From positions 1-46,951 of the forward strand of contig NW_021834668.1 of assembly GCF_006345805.1 (NCBI RefSeq): 46,951 nucleotides of DNA. Direction: 5' to 3'. Shown one piece after another: positions 10,941 through 20,189 of this stretch (its first letter is position 1; every line of letters begins with the position of its first letter). Made by a program: the position numbers and the translations under genes. The notes under the pieces are model-generated. The model searched no databases, was not told where the DNA came from, and saw only the letters and a list, made by a program, of their open reading frames with translations. The DNA is from Octopus sinensis. Its lineage: Eukaryota.

Positions 10941-11119
10941 AGCATTTCTCTGTGATATTCTGGCAGCCCTCATTGTTGGCTGCGTGCAACAAATTCTATC
11001 ACATGAAAAATGACACAGATTAAAATACACTTATACACGCACAAACATGTGCCTGTGTGTGTGCGCGTACGTGCGTGCGTGTGTGTGTATGTGAGTGTAT
11101 GGTAGTAGTTCGTGTTATG

Positions 11120-11160
<41 letters not shown>

Positions 11161-11180
11161 ATATATATATATATATATAT

Positions 11181-11474
<294 letters not shown>

Positions 11475-11682
11475 CGATGGCCTCATGGAGCTAATAAGCG
11501 GTCAGCTTTTTTCTTATTTTTATAAGAATGCCATATTAGTATGGCGATAACTAATATTTTCCGGGAACGCTGCCGTTGTTCTCTTTTAGAGAGACTTAGT
11601 AATTTTAATATTTCTATTATATATATATACATATACATATACATACCTATATATACATATATATACATATATATATATACAT

Positions 11683-11888
11683 ACTCTCTCTTTTACTTGT
11701 TTCAGTCACTTGACTGCGGCCATGCTGGAGCACCGCCTTTAGTCGAGCAAATCGACCCCGGGACTTATTCTTTGTAAGCCCAGTACTTATTCTATCGGTC
11801 TCTTTCGCCGAACCGCTAAGTGACGGGGACGTAAACACACCAGCATCGGTTGTCAAGCAATGCTAGAGGGACAAACACAGACACACAA

Positions 11889-11921
<33 letters not shown>

Positions 11922-12081
11922 CATATATACGACAGGCTTCTTTCAGTTTCCGTCTACCAAATCCACTCACAAGGCATTGGTCGGCCCGGGGCTATAGCAG
12001 AAGACACTTGCCCAAGATGCCACGCAGTGGGACTGAACCCGGAACCATGTGGTTGGTTAGCAAGCTACTTACCACACAGCC
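11683..12081 (-). mobile_element. SINE family A, nearly full length
   Basis: Near-identical reverse complement of 1124-1560; the ORF-track peptides at 1117-1383(-) and 11850-12326(+) are almost the same. Confidence 0.9.
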
Positions 12082-12179
12082 ATATAAATACACATATATA
12101 TACACACATGTATATGTACATATATATATACACATGTATATATATATACACATATATACACACACATATATTCACATAT

Positions 12180-12230
<51 letters not shown>

Positions 12231-12287
12231 CCTATATATACATATATACACACACACATACATATATATATATACACACACACATAC

Positions 12288-12578
12288 ATACATGCATATG
12301 TGGGTACAGGACGTCACCAACAGTAAACAACAGGAAATACGAAAAGAAATGAGTTCAATACGCAAACAACGAGTAACTGTCTTCGAAGACTCATATTGTG
12401 TTTCAGTGCTCGAAATGAGGAGTAGATAGACAGCCGACAAACTGATGAAGGGTCGTTCTTTACGTTACTTGTCCTGTTTTCCATTTGTTTCTCTCGTTGT
12501 TTGCGTATTGAACTCATTTGTTTTCGTATTTCATGTTGTTTACTGTTGGTGACGTCCTGTACCCACATATGCATGTAT
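12288..12578. repeat. Inverted repeat with ~86 bp arms (12288-12373 / 12493-12578) and a ~119 bp spacer; probable Penelope-like terminus
   Basis: CATGCATATGTGGGTACAGGACGTCACCAACAGTAAACAAC...CGCAAACAACGAG is mirrored downstream; the spacer contains CTGATGA. Confidence 0.65.
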
Positions 12579-12609
12579 ATAAAGATATATACGTGTGTGT
12601 GTGTGTATG

Positions 12610-12650
<41 letters not shown>

Positions 12651-12908
12651 TATAATATATGTATGTATGTATGTATGCATACACACACACGCACACATAC
12701 AAACATATCAATTGAATAAAGTTTGATTCTCTTTAATTAGCACTTTGGGGAATATCTTCCACAGAAAAGCTATGACATTGGAAACGATATATTTTAGAGA
12801 ACAATCTTATTATTTTCTGTGTTTGTGTGATGGAATGAGGTTTGATCGGATGTTCGTTGATTAGCTGATTATGTGTACGTCCGTGTATACGTGTGCTTGT
12901 ATTTGTAC

Positions 12909-12911
<3 letters not shown>

Positions 12912-13005
<94 letters not shown>
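12912..13005. repeat. Pure (TG)~47 microsatellite
   Basis: Direct reading. Confidence 0.95.
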
Positions 13006-13006
<1 letters not shown>

Positions 13007-13660
13007 CTGGAGGCCTTCCGACAAATTCTTGCTTATTAGAAAAGCAAAACGACCCACGTTACACGACGAAAACAGTGAAGTCTGGGGGTAAAAGTCTGAT
13101 GCTTTGGGGATACATGAAAAGTGATGGTTCGAGAAAGTTGGTTAAAATTGATGGTAACTTGAATAATGTCAAATACATCCGGTTGCTGAAGGATAATGTG
13201 ATGCCAGACTTGGATGAAGGTGAGATTTTTCAGCACGACGGGGCTTCATGCCACAGATCGCGTGCAACACAATAGAGCCTGGTTGATGAAGGTGTTACCG
13301 TATTGAAAGACTGGCCAGCTCAGAGCCCGACTTAAATACCATCGAGCAAATGTGGACAGAACTAAAGAGAAGAGTTCGTCAGAAGAATCCATGCAATAAT
13401 AAAGAGTTGTGGGGGCGCAGCCACAGAGAATTGCTTCTCTGACCTGTGAAGACGGTGAAGGATTGGTACGTATCTCATCCCAGACGCATTGAAGCAATTA
13501 TTCGAGCTAAGGGAAGCCACACGAAATATTAACATTGAACAGTTAACTTCTTGGAATGAACATTATGTAATAAAATTTTCATTATAGATATTTTTTCTGT
13601 TTTAAAACACTATCTTGATTGGTTTAAGTGAGATGGCCGAAAACTTTTGCACGGCCCTTT
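13006..13660 (+). mobile_element. Tc1-family DNA transposon, 3' portion: pseudogenised transposase catalytic domain (stop at 13530-13532) plus probable right TIR
   Basis: PRYTTKTVKSGGKSLMLWG...IFQHDGASCH...WPAQSP(D)LNTIEQMW...IEAIIRAKGSHTKY*, with a premature stop and frameshifts. The terminal GGCCGAAAACTTTTGCACGG resembles Tc1 ends. Confidence 0.9.
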
Positions 13661-13845
13661 TTAGTGGTCGTCTTGCATCTACCCCCTTCATTCAGAACCC
13701 CTACAAAAACAACAAAATATAATGATTAGGTATGGAAATGACTCCAACAGAGCCAATGTTTCATCAATAAAAACGTAATGCGAAACATCCACTTATAAGT
13801 TGACAAGTAGTAGAAATTTACAATAGTTTAAGACTTTTGCCACGA

Positions 13846-13876
<31 letters not shown>

Positions 13877-14255
13877 CTAGCAGTATCGCCCGGCGTTGCT
13901 CAGGTTTGTAAGGGAAATAACTATAAAGCATTTTTAGAGAGTTATAGCCCAAAAATAGCAAAAAAATGGAAAAAATGATGGAAAATTTTTTTTTAGTTAA
14001 AAAGGTGGAGTTGCGTCCCCTAGACAGTTTGCGGTTTGTGTTTCTGATTCTCGACCCCATGTCGAATTTATCGATTTTTTTCAGAACTGGGGGAACTTTT
14101 CAAAATTTTCGCTGCGTTAGTTTGAATTATGACATTGGGCTATGTGTGTGTCAAGTTTCATCAGAATCGGTTGAAAGCCATGGTCAGGGTGAGGGTACAA
14201 GCAAACAGACACACAGAAACACGCACAGACAAACTGCCGTTTATATAGATATAGA
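13877..14255 (-). mobile_element. Non-autonomous Helitron (Lep1-like layout), sharing its 3' end with 8256-8658
   Basis: Plus strand A|CTAGCAGTATCGCCCGGCGTTGC is the reverse complement of the ...CTAG|T end. The other end is ...CAGACAAACTGCCGTTTATATAGATATAGA|T, i.e. 5'-TC on the minus strand, and the element sits in (TA)n. Confidence 0.7.
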
Positions 14256-14539
14256 TATATATATAGTTGAAATTTATAGAAAATAACAAAAGACGAAGAC
14301 AAATGTATTAGTTTGACGCTCGGGAAAATGAAAAAGGATTTTATATTTCGAGCCTACATTCTTCAACAGAAAGGAATAAGGGGAAATAAACAGAGAGAGA
14401 ATGAAAAAATACTTGCCGATTTAGCGGTCAAGCATGGCGAATGATTAAAAAAAGAAAAGTTTGAAAGAAGAAGTCGAAAGGAAGGGAAATAAAAAAGTAT
14501 TGGTGATCCCAAATGAAGGTTCTCGTGCGTGTGTGTATG

Positions 14540-14555
14540 TACAAGCACACACAAA

Positions 14556-14621
<66 letters not shown>

Positions 14622-14840
14622 CATACGCACATAAGTACATACATAAGTACATACATACATACATACATACATAAGTACATACATACATACGTACATACAT
14701 ACATACATAAGTACATACACACATACATACATACACACATACATACATAAGTACATACATACATACGTACATACATACATACATAAGTACATACATACAT
14801 ACATACATACATACATACATACATACATACATACATACAT
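14540..14840. repeat. (CA)n, (TA)n and (CATA)n with CATAAGTA variant units
   Basis: Direct reading. Confidence 0.9.
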
Positions 14841-14986
14841 ACTGTTCTGTTTTATATAAAAATGATCTAACAGTTCTTTGGACTCTTCTCACCTGAAGAC
14901 GCGCATGTGTATAGCTATTGTTGAATCACATCAATACAATATTGTGATATTGTTAATAATGTGTATATGTAACATTTAACAATTAC

Positions 14987-15020
14987 CACCTGATGACGAT
15001 GAGCAGAAACAATTGTAGTG
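14987..15020 (+). ncRNA. Minimal type I hammerhead ribozyme-like motif with palindromic helix III
   Basis: CAC-CTGATGA-CGATGAGCA-GAAA-CAATTG-TA-GTG. Stem I is only 3 bp and there is no real stem II; CAATTG is a palindrome. Confidence 0.5.
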
Positions 15021-15069
15021 ATTTATAATAAAACCTGTTCATTCCAACTTCTTGTATTAAAATGTGTTA

Positions 15070-15454
15070 TGGAGGCGCAATGGCCCAGTGGTTAGGGCAG
15101 CGGACTCGCAGTCGTAGGATCGCGGTTTCGATTCCCAGACCGGGCGTTGTGAGTGTTTATTGAGCGAAAACACCTAAAGCTCCACGAGGCTCCGGCAGGA
15201 ATGGTGGTGATCCCTGCTGTACTCTTTCACCACAACTTTCTCTCACTCTTACTTCCTGTTTCTGTTGTACTTGTATTTCAAAGGGCCGGCCTTGTCACTC
15301 TCTGTGTCACGCTGAATATCCCCGAGAACTACGTTAAGTGTACATGTGTCTGTGGAGTGCTCAGCCGCTTACACGTTAATTTCACGAGCAGGCTGTTCTG
15401 TTGATCGGATCAACCGGAACCCTCGTCGTCGTAACCGACGGAGTGCTTCCATCC
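15070..15454 (+). mobile_element. Full-length tRNA-derived SINE, family C, with a 14 bp target-site duplication
   Basis: A box TGGCCCAGTGG (15081-15091) and B box GGTTTCGATTCCC; ATTAAAATGTGTTA is repeated at 15056-15069 and 15455-15468. Confidence 0.9.
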
Positions 15455-15474
15455 ATTAAAATGTGTTACTATTA

Positions 15475-15518
<44 letters not shown>

Positions 15519-16408
15519 TTTGTAATATTTCATGCGAGCATTGTTGTTGCTATTCTCACTAGTGGCTGCACCATGATGAAGTAGTTTCACATCAGGTGAT
15601 TTGCCAAACAAATTTTATATCTGAAATTTATAATTAGAACTTTACATATAAATTCTTCATATTTCTCAAATTCCAGCATTCTATATCATTCCCGAAACTC
15701 CTTTTTCGCTGTCTGTGCAATTCTAATGATTTTATAATACTTTAATCCATTTCGCTTCCTTGTCAACAGTGACTGCATCCTACCTCTGATCTGGTCGCAT
15801 TCTATGTTGAAACTGTGGAATATATTGACGTTATTATTCTGTTTAATAACACTAAAGGAGTGCTGTTAATGGAAGTCTATAACTCCCCGTGCTTAATCTA
15901 CGTAATTCTTGACCAACAATCCTCCGCAAGATTATAATCTTTCTTTGGTATCCAGTTTCCTATAATTTCACCGTTTTCACAAATCATGATTTAACAGATT
16001 AATGTATATTTGACTTAATGAACTTGTTCTTGTATTGCGAAGACTTGTGTAATAGTTTTGGTCTAATAATATATATTGGGTTTGTCCATTGGAATATTGG
16101 TAAACCTGTTCCAGTACTGCAGACATTAATGGTTCTTTCACCTCCAAGATGTTTTCAGTCATTGGAATACAGCCATGCGGGGCCCCCGACTTCAGTGGGT
16201 TTTAGTTGATCATATCGGCGTTAGTCTGTCATTCACTTATCAATATCTATTTATCAAATTGCTAAGTTACAAGACCGGATTTTTGTTGGTTTGATTCATA
16301 TGGAACTTATATTACGCAAACAGTACTGTCATAAATTTCAGAATTTATGTTAATTTATGTTAATTCTCTTACAATTATGATTCAATTTCTTTCATATTTT
16401 CATCCTTC

Positions 16409-16976
16409 AAGCGGCGTGCTGGCAGAAACGGTAGCACGCCAGGCGAAATGCTTAGCGGTATTTCGTCTGCCGTTACGTTCTGAATTCAAATTCGGCCGAG
16501 GTCGACTTTGCCTTTCATCCTTTCGAGGTCGATAAATAAAGTACCAGTTTCGCACTGGGGTCGATGTAATCGACTTAATCCGTTTGTCTGTCCTTGTTTG
16601 TCCCCTATGTGTGTAGCCCCTTGTGGGCAATAAAGAAATATTTAAGGCGGCGAGCTGGCAGAAACGTTAGCACGCCGGGCGAAATGCTTAGCGGTATTTC
16701 GTCTGCCGTTACGTTCTGGGTTCAAATTCCGCCGAGGTCGACTTTGCCTTTCATACTTTCGGGATCGATTAAATAAGTACCAGTTATGCACTGGGGTCGA
16801 TATAATCGACTTAATCCGTCTGTCTGTCCTTGTTTGTCCCTTCTGTGTGTAGCCCCTTGAGGGTAGTAAAGAAATAGGTATTTCATCTGCCGTTACGTTC
16901 TGAATTCAAATTCCGCCGAAGCCAACTTTGCCTTTTATCCTTTCGGGGTCGATAAATTAAGTACCAGTTACGCACT
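16409..16976 (+). mobile_element. Three tandem SINE family B copies (16409-16640, 16644-16876, truncated 16877-16976)
   Basis: Head-to-tail repeats of GGCGGCGAGCTGGCAGAAACG...AATAAAGAAATA. Confidence 0.9.
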
Positions 16977-17115
16977 AACGAAAGGGATGACTTATATAAT
17001 AAAATTATATTCGACCTTGGAATATCATCAGGCATATTTCTGCTTGCAGGTAAACACAATGTCCTTTTCGTAATTTAATCTTAACAAATTTTGTTTCGAA
17101 TGTGTTTAAAATATA

Positions 17116-17187
17116 AGTCGTGAGGTTTCTTTAACATAAAATATTTAAACTAGTTTAAATATTTTATGTTAAAGAAACCTCACGACT
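17116..17187. repeat. Perfect 72 bp spacerless palindrome
   Basis: AGTCGTGAGGTTTCTTTAACATAAAATATTTAAACT|AGTTTAAATATTTTATGTTAAAGAAACCTCACGACT, checked base by base. Confidence 0.95.
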
Positions 17188-17319
17188 CCTCAAAATACCC
17201 AAGTCACACCTAAAGGGTTTCCCTGTGAGCTGACAACGCTCCATAGGAGGCGCTATTGCCACTAATACAAAATACATGAATTTCTTTGAAATTACTTTTG
17301 ACTTTTAACGCTCCAAAAG

Positions 17320-17500
17320 GGGGCCTCTATGCGATCGTTCGACTCGCTAGAAATAGCAACCCTACCTCTCAGAAAACACATCCTATCATCTTAAAGATGG
17401 AAGAACATATTAGATAGTATTGCCCATTGAAGAATTTCGTCTGTGTGAAAAATAGAAAGGATGGTCACGACTGGAACGTCGTTAAGCCAAGACCTAAACA
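17320..17500 (+). mobile_element. Degenerate family D repeat
   Basis: Shares motifs with 2790-3125. Confidence 0.4.
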
Positions 17501-17704
17501 ACAGCATTGTGTCTATGGTCAATGCACGTCAGCATCTGACACTGTCTTATCTATGCTGATCTTGTCATCTTTTCCCATTGTTTCAGAAGAGATATCACTC
17601 TTTTGCCAGGCGCACGAATACTTCATAGGATAATTACGTCATCACGTAAATTTGTTCCAATCGGGTCAGGTGAATCAAAATCTCATTCTTTTAAAAGAAG
17701 AATT

Positions 17705-18135
17705 GTATCTTTTCGGTTTGAACGGCTGTTTTTAACATAATTTCTAGGTAACTAAAAAATTTTAAACTTCGTATACTGGTAGAATGTGTTTATAAAACAT
17801 CTTTTTCTCTTGGCTTTATTGAGAAAATTCTATAGTTTGTAAGATATTTGTTGTTTTTTTATTCAATTTCTGCAATTTCAACCAATCAGTGACGTCTATT
17901 GCGGTAAAAAGCATTCTGTGCCGTATGAATATGTCCCTCGTTTAAGAAACAGATTGGGTTTATTTACATTTGTGAAGAAAAAAAGCTACCCTTCCCCCCA
18001 CCCCTAACCCTAACCCTAACTAACCCTAACCCTAAAAGAGATTGAAATGCAATAGATCGATTCTAGGGTCATAATTATGGGTGACAATTTCATATGACAC
18101 CGCTAGAAAAACTGCCGTTCAAACCGAAAAGATCC
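17705..18135 (+). mobile_element. MITE-like element (~430 bp) with ~28 bp TIRs and internal (CCCTAA)n
   Basis: G(T)ATCTTTTCGGTTTGAACGGCTGTTTTT ... AAAAACTGCCGTTCAAACCGAAAAGATCC; telomere-type repeat at 18002-18035; second copy nearby; no ORF. Confidence 0.8.
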
Positions 18136-18550
18136 GAAGAATTTGTCTGAAGATACAAAAAAAGATGGAACGGGTTTGAGTGAAAAGGTTTTGATCATAA
18201 GTTTGAGGTTAAGGCTTACTTTGGCTCTAAGCAACGCAACCAACAACAACGATAAATTTTTCTATCCAGCCGTAGTAAAGTAGAAAGTAGAATTAACGAA
18301 GAAATCAGACGAATCAACGGGAGAGACCCAATGCGACGTTAATTCTGTTGGAAATAGCAGGCAAATGTCCCTCAAAATAGTGTTTAAAAATGTAGAACTG
18401 TTGGATTATCTAAACCTAGGCAAACTGTCTGAGAAAAAGAAGTCATGATGGTCATTCTTAGGTTGCTTTTATCGCAGATGTTTTTAGTCCGGAGTGATTT
18501 GAGAAGAAAATTTTTAAAAAACGACGACGAATCAATTTCAGCGGAGAAAG

Positions 18551-18961
18551 GGATCTTTTCGGTGTCATATGAAATTGTCATCCATAATTATGACCCTAGT
18601 ATCGATCTATTGCATTTCAATCTCTTTTAGGGTTAGGGTTAGTTAGGGTTAGGGTTAGGGGTGGGGACAAGGGTATCTTTTTTTTCGTCAGAAATGTAAA
18701 TAAACCCAATCTGTTTCTTAAACGAGGGACATATTCATACGGCACAGAATGTTTTCAACACAATAGTCGTCATTGTTTGGTTGAAATTGCAGAAATTGAA
18801 GGAAAAAAAACAACGAATATCTTACAAACTATAGAATTTTCTCAATAAAGCCAAGAGAAAAAGACGTTTTATAAACACATTCTACCAGTATACGAAGTTT
18901 TGAAGGGTTTAGTTACGTGGAAATTATTTTTAAAAAACTGCCGTTCAAACAGAAAAGATCC
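18551..18961 (-). mobile_element. Second, inverted copy of the MITE, with a 23 bp deletion in one TIR and (TTAGGG)n at 18627-18660
   Basis: Reverse complement of 17705-18135 along its length. Confidence 0.8.
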
Positions 18962-19489
18962 GATATTTTTAGTCCGGAGTGATTTGAGAAGAAAATAAAA
19001 AAAAAAAAAAAAACGACGACGAATCAATTTCAACGGAGAAAGAACAAAAGAAAAAGAAAAAAGTTTAAAAAACGACGAAATGAAATGACTTTCACAATTC
19101 CGGTTTTTGGTTTTGTTTAAGGAAACTTCCCTTGAAGTTCCAGATTCCTTATAAGAATTTTTACTATAACCCCAAATAATCTCATATATAACCCGACCTG
19201 ACCTGAAATAAATGTTGGCCAGAATCGGTTCAATATGTGACTGTCTTAATTATGATATTTCGACTTTTGCTCTGCACTCAGACAGGTTGATTATCGTCTT
19301 GCTTCTATTTCTGTTGGAAAATATCCAAGACAAGAATTAAAAATCGAACGCTATATTATTATATTTTAACAGTATATAATTTTAGTTTCGTAGCGGTATA
19401 GAAGAATCGGTGGAGCACCGGCAACAATGCCTTGGGATATTTAGTTGTAGTCCTTCCTGACGTTGTATGAGAAATTATTTCATCATAAA

Positions 19490-19625
19490 TTAAGGTGGAG
19501 AGCTGGCAGAATGATTAGCACGCCGGGCAAAATGCTTAGCGGCATTTCGTCTGTTCAAATTCAGCCGAGATCGATTTTACTTTTCATCCTTTTGTGGTGG
19601 ATAAAACAAGTACCATTTGAGCACA
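19490..19625 (+). mobile_element. Degenerate SINE family B
   Basis: AAGGTGGAGAGCTGGCAGAATGATTAGCACGCCGGGCAAAATGCTTAGCGGCATTTCG. Confidence 0.7.
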
Positions 19626-19959
19626 ACTTCGAGTAGGCGATCTATTTTGTTGGAGCTGTGGTCTTGGATCAAACATTGACTAGCATTGCGGGTCTAGTAT
19701 ATAAAACGTTGTCACGTGCTAAAAGTCATGTATTACTCAGTAATGCTGTGGTAGAACGGTAACTCTAGCATTCTATGGAGGTTTGGATGAGGGTATGAGC
19801 GGTAATGTTCTGGATAGTGCTCCGGATATCAACAAAGAACAACAAAGATGTCTGTTCCAGAAGAACCTCAGTCCAGGAACTTCAGGCAGTTTCCAGATGT
19901 TACTGGCCTGAAATTGCTACTGGCTCCTGGCATTGAGATCTATTTGAGGACTTTCTGCT

Positions 19960-20090
19960 CTAAGAGAGGGGAGTTTCAGAGAGAAGGAGAGGAGAGAAAG
20001 AGATAGGGAGAGAGAAAGAGAGGAAGAGAGGGAGGGAGAGAAAGAGAGAGAGAGAGAAGGAGAGAGGGGGAGATAGGGAAGGAGGCAGAC
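19960..20090. repeat. GA-rich polypurine tract
   Basis: Direct reading. Confidence 0.85.
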
Positions 20091-20189
20091 TGTTACAGGA
20101 CTAGAAATGTCAGTAATAGAAGGTCCTAAAGGTTGTTGCTTTATCATCACGATGAATCTTGACCCTGTTTACAGCTCGTACTCAAACTC

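Noticed and set aside
10688-11023. Asp/Thr-rich 111 aa ORF
   Set aside because: Product of compound trinucleotide microsatellites with a non-ATG start inside a GT repeat.
12405-12460. Complete hammerhead (type II/III permutation) around GAAA...CTGATGA
   Set aside because: Stems I and III cannot be paired convincingly.
15070-15145. tRNA gene
   Set aside because: It is the tRNA-derived head of a SINE, continuing into body and tail with a TSD; the same applies to the family A and B heads.
18002-18660. Head-to-head telomere fusion site
   Set aside because: The tracts are only ~5 units, lie inside two copies of a TIR element, and are oriented CCCTAA then TTAGGG as a consequence of the element inversion.
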